DNA from: an uncultured Chloroflexia bacterium
Lineage (GTDB): Bacteria > Chloroflexota > Limnocylindria > Limnocylindrales > CSP1-4
Assembly: GCA_963720825.1 (NCBI GenBank)
Contig: CAVRGY010000009.1
Location: forward strand, 155,665 to 219,664
DNA length: 64,000 nt
Direction of reading: 5' to 3'
The notes beneath the pieces are model-generated. The model saw only the letters and a list, made by a program, of their open reading frames with translations. It made no database searches and was not told the origin of the DNA. Positions within the stretch are counted from its first letter, which is position 1, and each line of letters opens with the position of its first letter. Of the stretch, positions 47,478 to 56,793 are shown piece by piece. Both the position numbers and the translations under genes were made by a program.

Positions 47478-49907
47478 CTATCCGCGCATCCGTGATCCGT
47501 CAGGGTCGTACACCGGGGACTCGATCACCGCACCCGGGCGCCGGACGCCGAGGATCTCGATCTCCAGCGGCGTCCCGGGTGAGGCCAGCTCGACCGGGAG
47601 GTAGGCGAGGCCCAGGGTCATGCCCACGGCATGGCCGGGGGCGGCCGCCCGCAGGTAGTCGACCAGCCGCCCGTCGGAGAGCACCGGCTCGCCGCCTCGC
47701 GGGAACAGGTCCTCGGACGGCTCGAGGTCGATCCGGACCGTGACCAGGCGCCGGCGAACGCCTTCGGCCTGCTGGCGCAGCAGCGCGTCACGCCCGATGA
47801 ACTCGCCCTTGTCGAGCGCGACGAACCGCTCCAGGCCTGCTTCGAGCGGCGTGTACAGCGCCGAGATGTCCGCGCCCCACAGCCGGTAGCCCTTCTCGAG
47901 CCGCAGCGAGTCGAGCGCCCAGTACCCGATGTCGGCCAGGCCGTGCGCCTCGCCGGCCGCGAGCAGCAGGTCGTACAGGGTCCGCGAATCCTCGATCGGG
48001 TGGTGGAGCTCCCAGCCCAGCTCGCCCGTGTACGTGACGCGGAGCGCCCGTACCGGCACCGGGCCGACCTGGATGTCCCGGACAGCCATGAACGGGAAGC
48101 CCGCGTTCGAGAGGTCGTCGTCGGTCACGGCCGCGAGGACGTCGCGCGCGCGCGGCCCGGCGATCGCGAGGACGCCCCAGGCCGCCGTGACGTTCTCCAG
48201 GACCACCGACCCGTCGTCCGGCGCATGCCGGGCGATCCAGTCCAGGTCGTGGGTCTCCGTCCCGGCCGCCGTGATGAGGTAGAACCGGTCCTCGGCCAGC
48301 CGCGACACCGTGACATCGCACCAGATCCCGCCGGCCGGCGTGAGCATCTGGACCAGCGACGCGCGGCCCACCCGCGGCAGCCGGTTGGCGCCGAGACGAT
48401 CGAGCAGCGCGGCGGCGCCCGGCCCCCGGACCTCGTACTTCGCGAAGCTGGTCATGTCCAGCAGACCGGCTCGCTCCCGGACCGCCGCGCACTCGGCCAC
48501 CTGGTACGGCAGCCAGTCAGGCCGGTGGTACGTCGGCCGATTGCCGATCGGCTGACCCTCGGGCACGAAGTACAGCGGGCGCTCCCAGCCGTTGCGGGCG
48601 CCCATCACCGCACCGCGAGCCAGCAGGCGGTCGTACGGCGGGTCCGTCTTGAGCGGTCGGCCGGCGGGGAGCTCCTCGAACGGGTAGGGGATCGCGTACT
48701 CACGTTCGTAGACCTCGCGGGCGCGATCGATCACGAACGGCAGCGCGCTCGCATACGGCCCGAACCGGGCGACATCCAGCTCCCACAGGTTGTCGACCGG
48801 CTGTCCGTCGATGATCCAGGCCGCCGCGTTGTACCCGGCGCCGCCGCTCTGGACGATCCCGTAGCTGAACCCGGTGAGCGCGAAGAGGTTGCGCAGGCCG
48901 GGCACCCAGCCCATCAGCGCGTTGCCGTCCGGCGTGTAGCTGGTGGGGCCGTTGAGCAGCTGCTTCATGCCGGCCGTCTGCAGCACCGGCAGCCGATGCT
49001 GGGCGAGGTCGAGCACGTCGCCGACCTGCTCGAAGTCCGGCGCCAGCAGCTGCTGCCCGAACTCCCGCGGGATCCCGTGCGCAGCCCACGGCTTCGGGTC
49101 GTGCTCATAGGGCCCGACGATCAGGCCGCTGGCCTCCTCGCGGACGTAGAACGACGCCTCCGTGTCCCGGACGACGGGCATCTCCGCGTGCTCGGCGAGG
49201 AGCTCCGGCACGGCGTCGGTGATCAGGTACTGGTGCTCCATGGGCACGATGGGCAGCTCCACCCCGGCCAGCTGGCCGATCTCGCGGCCCCAGATCCCGC
49301 CGGCATTGACCACGATCCCGGCCCGGATCGTCCCGCGCGGCGTGACCACGTCCCATTCGCCGCCCGGCTGCGGCCGCAGCTCCGTGACCGGCGTCTCGAG
49401 CTCGATCTCGGCGCCCAGGTCGCGGGCGCCCCTGGCCATCGCCCGGGTGATGCTGCTCGGGTCGACGTACCCGTCCGTCGGGGTCCAGGCACCGGCGATC
49501 ACGCCGTCCACGTTGACCAGCGGCGCGCGCCGGGCGATCTCCGCGGGCCCGATGAGCTCGTATGGCAGCCCGACGATCTTGGCCAGGCCCGCCTCGTCGC
49601 GGTACTGGTCCATCCGGTCCTGGTCGTGGCCAGCCGGATGCTGCCGACGCCGTGGAAGTCGACGGTCTGGCCGCGTATCCGCCTCCATCCGCCGGAACAG
49701 GTCGACGCCGTACATCAGCAGCGATGTCACGTTGATGCTGGCGTTGAACTGCGTGCACAGGCCCGCGGCGTGCCACGTCGAACCCGCGGTGAGATCGTGC
49801 TTCTCGAGCAGGACGGTGTCCGTCCAGCCACGCTTCGCGAGGTGATAGAGGAGGCTGCAGCCGACGGCCCCGCCACCGATCACCACGACCCGCGCATCTG
49901 TCCTCAT
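47478..49907 (-). CDS. dimethylglycine/sarcosine dehydrogenase-like FAD oxidoreductase-GcvT fusion (paralogue B), compensated frame-break pair at about 49674 and 49621
   Basis: ATG 49907 follows GGAGGTGG. It carries 'VVVIGGGAVGCSLLYHLA', 'AGSTWHAAGL', 'YTGELGWELH' and 'RLEKGYRLWG'. The part of ORF 47478..52136 upstream of 49907 is antisense shadow. Confidence 0.85.
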   Translation of the reverse strand: MRTDARVVVIGGGAVGCSLLYHLAKRGWTDTVLLEKHDLTAGSTWHAAGLCTQFNASINVTSLLMYGVDLFRRMEADTRPDRRLPRRRQHPAGHDQDRMDQYRDEAGLAKIVGLPYELIGPAEIARRAPLVNVDGVIAGAWTPTDGYVDPSSITRAMARGARDLGAEIELETPVTELRPQPGGEWDVVTPRGTIRAGIVVNAGGIWGREIGQLAGVELPIVPMEHQYLITDAVPELLAEHAEMPVVRDTEASFYVREEASGLIVGPYEHDPKPWAAHGIPREFGQQLLAPDFEQVGDVLDLAQHRLPVLQTAGMKQLLNGPTSYTPDGNALMGWVPGLRNLFALTGFSYGIVQSGGAGYNAAAWIIDGQPVDNLWELDVARFGPYASALPFVIDRAREVYEREYAIPYPFEELPAGRPLKTDPPYDRLLARGAVMGARNGWERPLYFVPEGQPIGNRPTYHRPDWLPYQVAECAAVRERAGLLDMTSFAKYEVRGPGAAALLDRLGANRLPRVGRASLVQMLTPAGGIWCDVTVSRLAEDRFYLITAAGTETHDLDWIARHAPDDGSVVLENVTAAWGVLAIAGPRARDVLAAVTDDDLSNAGFPFMAVRDIQVGPVPVRALRVTYTGELGWELHHPIEDSRTLYDLLLAAGEAHGLADIGYWALDSLRLEKGYRLWGADISALYTPLEAGLERFVALDKGEFIGRDALLRQQAEGVRRRLVTVRIDLEPSEDLFPRGGEPVLSDGRLVDYLRAAAPGHAVGMTLGLAYLPVELASPGTPLEIEILGVRRPGAVIESPVYDPDGSRMRG

Positions 49908-49965
49908 CGACCCACCTCCATCCGTGCCGGGGTGTGCCTCGTCGTCGTTCCGAGCACCGTCCCCG

Positions 49966-49982
49966 CCATTGTAATAATATGG
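49966..49982. promoter_or_regulatory. AT-rich imperfect palindrome, candidate TetR operator or -10 region
   Basis: 'CCATTGTAATAATATGG' sits in the divergent region between paralogue B and the TetR gene. It is flanked by 'AGCACC'...'GGTGCT'. Confidence 0.3.
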
Positions 49983-50029
49983 TGCTATGAGCGTCAGCAG
50001 CGTCGACCCGGCGACCCGCCCGCGGGACC

Positions 50030-50649
50030 GTGGGCGCCGGGCGGACCGCCGAGCACCGCGAGCGCCAGCGCGAGCGGATCCTCGCCGCCGCCGAGCACCT
50101 CCTCGTGGACAGCGGCGTCGAGCGGATGCGCCTGCGCGACGTCGCGGAGGCCGCGGGCGTGTCCATCGGGACCGTCCAGCACTACTTCGACACCCGGGAC
50201 CGGCTGGTCGCCGAGCTGTTCGACTGGTCGGGCCGCCGCCGCCTGGAGGCCTGGACCTCGATGGAGCCCGGTGACGTGACCCCTGGCGCCGGATCGAGAC
50301 CCTGCTCCCCACGCGCTCGCGGAGCCGCTCCTGCGGCGGAGCCGGATCTGGGTGGAGTTCCTGGCGATGGCCCGCGACGAGGGGCTGCGGGCCGAGCTCG
50401 CCGGCTTCTACGAGGCGTGGCGGCGCGCCGTTCCGCGAGGCGATCGAGCAGGGATCGCCGGCGGGCTGTTCCGCCCGGCGATGTCCCGAGCGCCTCGTGG
50501 ACCTGCTGATCATGGGCGTGGACGGGGCGGAGGTCGCGACCGTCCTCGCGGCGCCGGGGACCTCGCGCGACCAGCTGCTGTCGTCGCTCGTGGACGCGGC
50601 GCGCACGCTCCTCGGCGTCGGACCAGATCCCGGCGAACCGCCGGCCTGA
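50030..50649 (+). pseudogene. TetR-family transcriptional regulator, at least 4 frame breaks
   Basis: The HTH region reads 'RERILAAAEHLLVDSGVERMRLRDVAEAAGVSIGTVQHYFDTRDRLVAELF'. Later blocks 'WVEFLAMARDEGLRAELAGFYEAWRRA', 'FREAIEQG' and 'ERLVDLLIMGVDGAEVA...' are spread over all three frames. Confidence 0.65.
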
Positions 50650-50684
50650 CGGCGGCGCTCCAGCACACGAGAGGTGTCGACCCG

Positions 50685-53162
50685 ATGACGACCGCCACCC
50701 CGCCCGCGCCCGACGCGGCGCCGTTCCCGACCCAGGCGCGCGTCGTCGTGATCGGCGGCGGCATCGTCGGCGCGAGCGTGCTCTACCACCTGACGGAGCG
50801 CGGCTGGACCGACGTGGTCCTGCTCGAGCGCAAGACGCTCACCTCCGGCACGACCTGGCATGCCGCGGGGCTGGTGGGCCAGCTCCGGGCGACCTACAAC
50901 ATGAGCCTGCTCGCGAGCTACGCGAAGGACCTGTTCCGCGAGCTCGAGCGGCGCACCGGCGACGGCACGGGCTTCGAGCAGCACGGGTCCCTGCTGATCG
51001 CGTCGACGCCCGGTCGCTGGGAGGAGATCCGGCGCGGCGCGTCGATGGGCCACCTCATCGGCGTCGACCTCGAGCTCGTCGACCGCGAGCGGGTCGGCGA
51101 GATGTGGCCGCTGCTCGACACCTCCGGCATCCTGGGCGCCGCCTTCATCCCGGGCGACGGGATGGCGAACCCCACCGACGTGACCCAGGCGCTGGCCAAG
51201 GCCGCGCGCATGGCCGGCGCCCGGGTGTTCGAGCAGACGAAGGTGACCGGCGTGCTCCGTCGGGACGGCCGCGTCAGCGGCGTGTCCACCGAGCGCGGCG
51301 ACATCGCCTGCGAGTACGTCGTGAACTGCACCGGCATGTGGGCGCGCGAGCTGGCCGGCCAGAGCGACGTCGTGGTCCCGCTCCATGCGGCGGAGCACTT
51401 CTACCTGGTCACCGAGCCGGTCGAGGGGCTCACCCCGGACCTGCCGGTCCTGCGCATGCCCGACGACGCGACCTACGCCCGCAACGAGGCGGGCAAGCTG
51501 ATGGTCGGGTTCTTCGAGCCCGGCGCCAAGCCGTGGGCGACGGACGGGATCCCGGAGGATGCCGAGTTCCTCACCCTGCCCGAGGACTGGGACCACCTCG
51601 AGCCGTGGATCCTGCGGGCGACGAAGCGCCTCCCCGTGTTCGGACGGGTGGGCATCCAGCTGTTCTTCAACGGACCCGAGAGCTTCACGCCCGACGACCG
51701 GTACATCCTGGGCGAGGCGCCGACGCTGGGCGGCTACTTCGTCGCCGCCGGCTTCAACTCCGTGGGCTTCGCGTCGGGCGGCGGCGCCGGGCGCGCGGTC
51801 GCCGACTGGGTCGTGGACGGCCACGCGCCGATGGACCTGTGGGAGGTGGACATCCGGCGGTTCATGCCCTTCCAGCGCAACCGCCGGTATCTCTACCAGC
51901 GGACGACCGAGACCCTGGGGCTGCTGTACGAGATGCACTGGCCGTTCCGGCAGATGGAGACCTCGCGCGGCGTCCGCCGCTCGCCGCTCCACGACCGGCT
52001 CGCGGCGCGCGGCGCGTGCTTCGGCGAGGTGTCCGGCTGGGAGCGCGCGAACTGGTACGCCCCCGAGGGCGTCGAGCCGCGCTACGAGTACTCGTACGGG
52101 CGCCAGAACTGGTTCCCGTACTCGGCCCAGGAGCATCGCGCCGTCCGCGAGGCGGTCGGCCTGTTCGACCAGACGTCGTTCGGCAAGATCCTGGTCCAGG
52201 GCCGGGACGCGGAGCGGGAGCTCAACCGGGTGTGCGCGGGCGACGTCGCCGTCGAGCCCGGGCGGCTGGTCTACACGCCGTGGCTCAACGAGCGCGGCGG
52301 GATCGAGTCGGACGTGACGATCACGCGGCTCGCGGACGACCGGTTCATGGTCGTCACGACCGGCACCTCGACGATGCGCGACCTCGACTGGCTGCGCCGG
52401 ACGATCGATCCCGAGGCGCGGGTCGCGGTCACCGACGTGACCTCCGCCGAGACGGTGATCAGCGTCATGGGCCCACGCTCACGCGAGCTGCTGGCCTCGC
52501 TGTCGGACGCGGACCTGTCCAACGCGGCGTTCCCGTTCGGGACCGCGCGCGAGATCGACCTCGGCTTCGCTTACGCGCGCGCGGCGCGGGTGACGTACGT
52601 GGGCGAGCTGGGCTGGGAGCTGTACGTGCCGATGGAGTTCGCGACCCACGTGTACGACACGATCGTGGCCGCCGGCGACGCCTTCGGCCTGCGCCATGCC
52701 GGCTACCACGCGCTGGACTCGCTGCGGATCGAGAAGGCGTACCGCCACTGGGGCCACGACATCACCGAGGAGGACACGCCGCTCGAGGGCGGTCTCGGCT
52801 TCACGGTGGGCTGGGACAAGCCCGGCGGGTTCATCGGCCGCGAGGCGCTCCTGCGCCAGCGCGAGGCGGGGTTCTCGCGGCGTCTCGCGGTCGTGATCCT
52901 CGACGATCCAGAGCCGCTGATGTACCACAACGAGCCCATCCTGCGGGACGGCCGCATCGTCGGCCGCGTCAGCTCCGGCGCCTTCGGGCACACCATCGGG
53001 CGCTCGATCGGACTGGGCTACGTGACCCGCGAGGACGGGCCGGTGACCTCGGACTGGCTGGCGGCCGGCCGGATCGAGGTCGAGGTCGCCCTCGAGCGGC
53101 AGCCCGCGACCGCGTCCCTGCGGGCGCCCTACGATCCGGGCAACGCTCGGATCCGGGCGTAG
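50685..53162 (+). CDS. dimethylglycine/sarcosine dehydrogenase-like FAD oxidoreductase-GcvT fusion (paralogue C)
   Basis: Starts at ATG 50685 and is intact at 825 aa. It carries 'VVVIGGGIVGASVLYHL', 'SGTTWHAAGL', 'YVGELGWELY' and 'RIEKAYRHWG'. Confidence 0.9.
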   Translation: MTTATPPAPDAAPFPTQARVVVIGGGIVGASVLYHLTERGWTDVVLLERKTLTSGTTWHAAGLVGQLRATYNMSLLASYAKDLFRELERRTGDGTGFEQHGSLLIASTPGRWEEIRRGASMGHLIGVDLELVDRERVGEMWPLLDTSGILGAAFIPGDGMANPTDVTQALAKAARMAGARVFEQTKVTGVLRRDGRVSGVSTERGDIACEYVVNCTGMWARELAGQSDVVVPLHAAEHFYLVTEPVEGLTPDLPVLRMPDDATYARNEAGKLMVGFFEPGAKPWATDGIPEDAEFLTLPEDWDHLEPWILRATKRLPVFGRVGIQLFFNGPESFTPDDRYILGEAPTLGGYFVAAGFNSVGFASGGGAGRAVADWVVDGHAPMDLWEVDIRRFMPFQRNRRYLYQRTTETLGLLYEMHWPFRQMETSRGVRRSPLHDRLAARGACFGEVSGWERANWYAPEGVEPRYEYSYGRQNWFPYSAQEHRAVREAVGLFDQTSFGKILVQGRDAERELNRVCAGDVAVEPGRLVYTPWLNERGGIESDVTITRLADDRFMVVTTGTSTMRDLDWLRRTIDPEARVAVTDVTSAETVISVMGPRSRELLASLSDADLSNAAFPFGTAREIDLGFAYARAARVTYVGELGWELYVPMEFATHVYDTIVAAGDAFGLRHAGYHALDSLRIEKAYRHWGHDITEEDTPLEGGLGFTVGWDKPGGFIGREALLRQREAGFSRRLAVVILDDPEPLMYHNEPILRDGRIVGRVSSGAFGHTIGRSIGLGYVTREDGPVTSDWLAAGRIEVEVALERQPATASLRAPYDPGNARIRA

Positions 53163-53182
53163 CCGGACGGATGATCGCGGGC

Positions 53183-53210
53183 GCCGGCTCGGGGCTACCC
53201 GAGCGCCGGC
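53183..53210. terminator. imperfect hairpin at the convergent gene junction
   Basis: 'GCCGGCTCGGG-gcta-CCCGAGCGCCGGC' has a 2-nt bulge. It overlaps the last codons of the permease gene. Confidence 0.25.
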
Positions 53211-54235
53211 TCCGCCTGCCCTTCCCGGCGATGGGCGACCCAGTCGCGCGCGGACCTGACGACCCCGGCAAACCCGCCCGGCTGGTAGATCATCACCAGG
53301 ATCAGCACCAGCCCGTAGAGGACGAGGTGGAGCCCGGGCAGGTTCGAGAACTGCGTGCGCAGGAGCTCGACCCCGATCGTCAGCGGGAACGCGATCACGG
53401 CCGGTCCCCAGAGCGTTCCGCGGCCACCGATGTAGGCCACGGCGAGCACCTCGACGGTGTGCGAGGTGAGCATGACGTCCGGCGTGAGGATGCCGTAGTA
53501 GTGCGCGTAGAACCCGCCCAGCCAGCCCGCGAACGCGCACGACAGGGTGAAGTTGATGACCAGGAACCGGGTGGGGTTGATGCCCGACGCCCGCGCGGCC
53601 TGAAGGTTCTGGCCGATCGCCCGGAACGCGAGGCCGAGGTTCGAGCGCGTGACCGCGGTGAGCACGATCACGGTGACGACCAGCATCCCGAGGATGACGT
53701 AGTAGTAGGGGAGGTTGTCCGAGGTATCGAGGAGCAGCGGCACGTTGAGCCCGAGCGATCCCCGGGTGATCTCGGTCATGTTCCGGGCGAGGCCCATCAG
53801 CGCCAGGCCGACGAACCAGGTCATGACCGCCGCGTAGATCCCGCGCAGGCGGAGCGTGAGCATGCCCGTGAGCAGCCCCACGAACCCCGCGGTGCCGGCC
53901 CCCGCGAAGATCCCGATCCATGGCGAGATCCCGAGGTTCGCCGCCACCAGGCCGGAGGTGTACGAGCCGACGCCGACGAACGCCGCGAACCCGAAGTTCA
54001 CGATGTTGATGTAGCCCGCGGTGAAGTCGAAGGCGACGGCCATCGCCGCCATCAGGGCGGCCCCGACGAGCCAGCGCTGGTAGTCCTGGCCGTCGAACGG
54101 CGGGATGAACGGGAGGACGACGGCGAACGCGACCACCGCGATGGCCGCCAGGCGGGACGTCCTCCGTGAGCGAGAGCTCGTTTGCTTCATGACCGCCACC
54201 GGGGTGGCACCGTCGGTGGCCACTAGAGCTCCCAC
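53195..54235 (-). CDS. branched-chain-amino-acid-type ABC transporter permease (LivM-like)
   Basis: The ORF is hydrophobic throughout and intact. It carries 'FGFAAFVGVGSY' and 'NLGLAFRAIGQN..AARASGIN'. The start is either GTG 54235 or ATG 54190. Confidence 0.8.
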   Translation of the reverse strand: MGALVATDGATPVAVMKQTSSRSRRTSRLAAIAVVAFAVVLPFIPPFDGQDYQRWLVGAALMAAMAVAFDFTAGYINIVNFGFAAFVGVGSYTSGLVAANLGISPWIGIFAGAGTAGFVGLLTGMLTLRLRGIYAAVMTWFVGLALMGLARNMTEITRGSLGLNVPLLLDTSDNLPYYYVILGMLVVTVIVLTAVTRSNLGLAFRAIGQNLQAARASGINPTRFLVINFTLSCAFAGWLGGFYAHYYGILTPDVMLTSHTVEVLAVAYIGGRGTLWGPAVIAFPLTIGVELLRTQFSNLPGLHLVLYGLVLILVMIYQPGGFAGVVRSARDWVAHRREGQAEPALG

Positions 54236-55260
54236 ACGCCTTTCACTTCACTGCCGAACAGGCCCGATGGCTTGAACAGCAGGATCAGGATGATGAACCC
54301 GGTCGGCAGCACGTCCACCCAGCCCAGGCCGACGTAGTACACGGCCAGCGTCTGGAGCAGCGCCACGATGAACGCGCCGATGATCGCGCCCTGGACGTTG
54401 CCCAGGCCCGCCAGGATCACGACGTACCAGGCGATGTACAGCGGCTGGATGCCGACGTCGGGGAACGACGGGAACATGAACAGCAGCGCCGCACCGGCGA
54501 GCGCCGCGAGCGCGAGGCTCAGGCCCATCGTCAGCACGAAGATGCTGTTGAGGCTGATCCCCGCCATCTGGGCCCCGGTCTCGTCCTGGGACACCGCGCG
54601 CATGGCCCGGCCAGTCCTCGTCCGCTGGAGGAACACCGAGAACGCGGCGATCGAGACCATCGCGACCACGAACACCATCGCCCGGTCGACGGAGATGGGC
54701 ACGTTCAGGATCTCGATCGGCTTGACGTCCCAGTAGCGGGTGATGCCCCGGAAGTCGTTGCCGAACACCAGGCGGTCGCCGTTGACCAGGACCACGGACA
54801 CGCCGGCGGTGAGCAGGAAGGTGTTCATCACCCACTGGTCGCGGCTCCGCTTGCGCAGCGGCCGGAACAGGAACACCTCGAGCAGCACGCCGCACGCGAA
54901 GCCGACCAGCGCCGCGACGATCATGCCCGGAAACGGTCCGGCCACCTTGAGCAGCACCGAGTCGGGGTTGTCGAACAGGGCGTCCTGGATCGGCGTGAAC
55001 ACGGTGTACGCGGTCAGCGACCCGATCATGAAGAACTCGCCATGGGCGAAGTTGGGGACGTTCATCACGCCGAACACGAGCGCCAGGCCACCGGCCATGA
55101 GGGCCCACATCCCGCCCGTGACGAGGGTGTCGACGAGGATCGAGGGCTGGATGAACGCGAACGCCACCAGGACCACCACGACCAGGCCGATCACGAGCCA
55201 CGTGAACGACAGGAAGCGCTTGGCCAGCGGGACGGAACGGAGGTTGGTTGCGGTCGTCAT
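54223..55260 (-). CDS. branched-chain-amino-acid-type ABC transporter permease (LivH-like)
   Basis: It carries 'NFAHGEFFMIGS', 'GRAMRAVSQDETGAQMAGI' and 'GNVQGAIIGAF'. The ORF is intact. Confidence 0.85.
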   Translation of the reverse strand: MTTATNLRSVPLAKRFLSFTWLVIGLVVVVLVAFAFIQPSILVDTLVTGGMWALMAGGLALVFGVMNVPNFAHGEFFMIGSLTAYTVFTPIQDALFDNPDSVLLKVAGPFPGMIVAALVGFACGVLLEVFLFRPLRKRSRDQWVMNTFLLTAGVSVVLVNGDRLVFGNDFRGITRYWDVKPIEILNVPISVDRAMVFVVAMVSIAAFSVFLQRTRTGRAMRAVSQDETGAQMAGISLNSIFVLTMGLSLALAALAGAALLFMFPSFPDVGIQPLYIAWYVVILAGLGNVQGAIIGAFIVALLQTLAVYYVGLGWVDVLPTGFIILILLFKPSGLFGSEVKGVWEL

Positions 55261-55267
55261 GGGTAGC

Positions 55268-55972
55268 TCAGATCCCCAGGTAGGCTTCCTGGACGTGGGT
55301 GTCCTTCAGCAGGCTGTCGCCGCTTCCCTCCAGCACGATCCGGCCCTGCTCCAGCACGTACGCGCGATCCACCAGGTGGAGCGTGGTGTTCACGTTCTGT
55401 TCGACCAGGAGGATCGTCACGCCGCGCAGGTGCAGCTGCTTGAGGGCCTCGAACGCGGCGAGCGTCGCCATCGGGGCGAGGCCGAGGGACGGCTCGTCGA
55501 CCAGCAGGAGCGAGGGTGACGGCATCAGTCCCCGGCCGATGGCCAGCATCTTGCGCTCGCCGCCGCTGAGGGTGCCGGCGAGCTGGTTCCGCCGCTCGAA
55601 CAGTCGCGGGAACAGCTCGAACACGAGCTCGGTCGTTGCCCGGATCTGCGCCTTGTCGCGGACGGAATGGGCGCCCACGAGAAGGTTCTCGTAGATCGAC
55701 ATCGACGGGAACAGGTTGAGGCTTTCCGAGACATAGCCGATGCCCGAGGTGCTCACCCTGTCGGGTGGCACCCGGTTGAGCGACTGGCCGCGGAACGTGA
55801 TCTCGCCCCGGATGGGGTTGAGGAAGCCGGCGATGGTCCGCAGCGTGGTGGTCTTGCCCGCGCCGTTCGGGCCGAGCAACGCGACGAACTCGCCTTCCTC
55901 GACATGGAGGTCAACCCCCCACAGCACCTGCAGGAGATCGTAGCCAGCTTCGACGCCGGTGAGTTGGAGCAC
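55268..55972 (-). CDS. ABC transporter ATP-binding protein (LivF-like)
   Basis: GTG 55972 follows GGAGG. Walker A is 'GPNGAGKTT', the signature is 'LSGGERKM' and Walker B is 'LLLVDEPS'. Confidence 0.85.
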   Translation of the reverse strand: MLQLTGVEAGYDLLQVLWGVDLHVEEGEFVALLGPNGAGKTTTLRTIAGFLNPIRGEITFRGQSLNRVPPDRVSTSGIGYVSESLNLFPSMSIYENLLVGAHSVRDKAQIRATTELVFELFPRLFERRNQLAGTLSGGERKMLAIGRGLMPSPSLLLVDEPSLGLAPMATLAAFEALKQLHLRGVTILLVEQNVNTTLHLVDRAYVLEQGRIVLEGSGDSLLKDTHVQEAYLGI

Positions 55973-55988
55973 CCTTCCCTCCGGGCTT

Positions 55989-56717
55989 TCAGAGAATGTA
56001 GTTGGTGCCGAGATACGCCTCGCGGACGCGCTCGTCCTGGGCGACGGTCGAGGCATCGCCGTGGGCGATCAGCTGTCCGTACTGGAGCACCGACAGGCGA
56101 CCGCACAGGTCGAGGATCAGCCGCATGACGTGCTCGACCATCACGATCGTCGTGCCATCGGCGCGGATCCGGCGCAGCAGGACCGCGATGTCGACCAGCT
56201 CGCTGGGCGTGAGACCCGCGGCGAACTCGTCGAGCAGCAGGAGCTTGGGATGGCTGGCCAGCGCACGCGCCAGGTCGAGGCGCTTGAGCTGGGATGCGTT
56301 GAGATGCGACGCGGGGGTGTCCACGGGCCGTGGAAACTCGACGTAGGTGAGCATCCCCAGCGCGCGGGTCGCCACGTCCGAATGCCGCAGATGCGGATCG
56401 CCGAACGTCGCGGCCACGATCACGTTGTCGAGCACGCTCATGCCGGGAAACGGCCGCGGGATCTGGAACGTCCGGCTGACGCCCAGCCGGCACATCTGCT
56501 CCGCGGGCAGGCCCGTGGTATCACGTCCGCCGAACCGGATCGTGCCGTCGTTGGGACGCGATGCCCCGGCAAGGCAGTTGAGCAGCGTGGACTTGCCGGC
56601 CCCGTTGGGACCGATGAGCCCGAAGATCTCACCCTCCTCGACGGAGAAGGTGACATTGTCGACGGCGGTCAGGCCGCCGAACCGCTTGGTGACCCCGGAG
56701 AGCTCAAGGAACGCCAT
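55989..56717 (-). CDS. ABC transporter ATP-binding protein (LivG-like)
   Basis: It carries 'GPNGAGKST', 'LLLLDEFAAG' and 'VMVEHVM'. The ORF is intact. Confidence 0.85.
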   Translation of the reverse strand: MAFLELSGVTKRFGGLTAVDNVTFSVEEGEIFGLIGPNGAGKSTLLNCLAGASRPNDGTIRFGGRDTTGLPAEQMCRLGVSRTFQIPRPFPGMSVLDNVIVAATFGDPHLRHSDVATRALGMLTYVEFPRPVDTPASHLNASQLKRLDLARALASHPKLLLLDEFAAGLTPSELVDIAVLLRRIRADGTTIVMVEHVMRLILDLCGRLSVLQYGQLIAHGDASTVAQDERVREAYLGTNYIL

Positions 56718-56738
56718 ACGCCTCTTCGCCTGGGTGAC

Positions 56739-56765
56739 GGGGGGCCGGAGCGAGCCCGGCCCCCC
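56739..56765 (-). promoter_or_regulatory. strong intercistronic GC hairpin after the substrate-binding-protein gene
   Basis: 'GGGGGGCCGG-agcgagc-CCGGCCCCCC' forms a perfect 10-bp all-G/C stem. It starts about 29 nt downstream of the SBP stop and lies before the livG-like start. Confidence 0.45.
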
Positions 56766-56793
56766 GAGTCTGCTGGATCAGGTCGATGGATGG

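Noticed and set aside
47478-52136. A 1552-aa ORF, together with other very long ORFs: 51104..54169, 15947..18442, 28530..30893, 9828..11564, 41661..43622, 59363..61090, 56347..58266 and 19640..21370.
   Set aside because: These are typical high-G+C shadow or run-through ORFs. Outside the segments assigned above, their translations are Arg/Pro/Gly/Ala-rich low-complexity sequence. They lie antisense to, or out of frame with, genes that carry clear family motifs. Only the motif-bearing parts were kept, for example 47478-49907.
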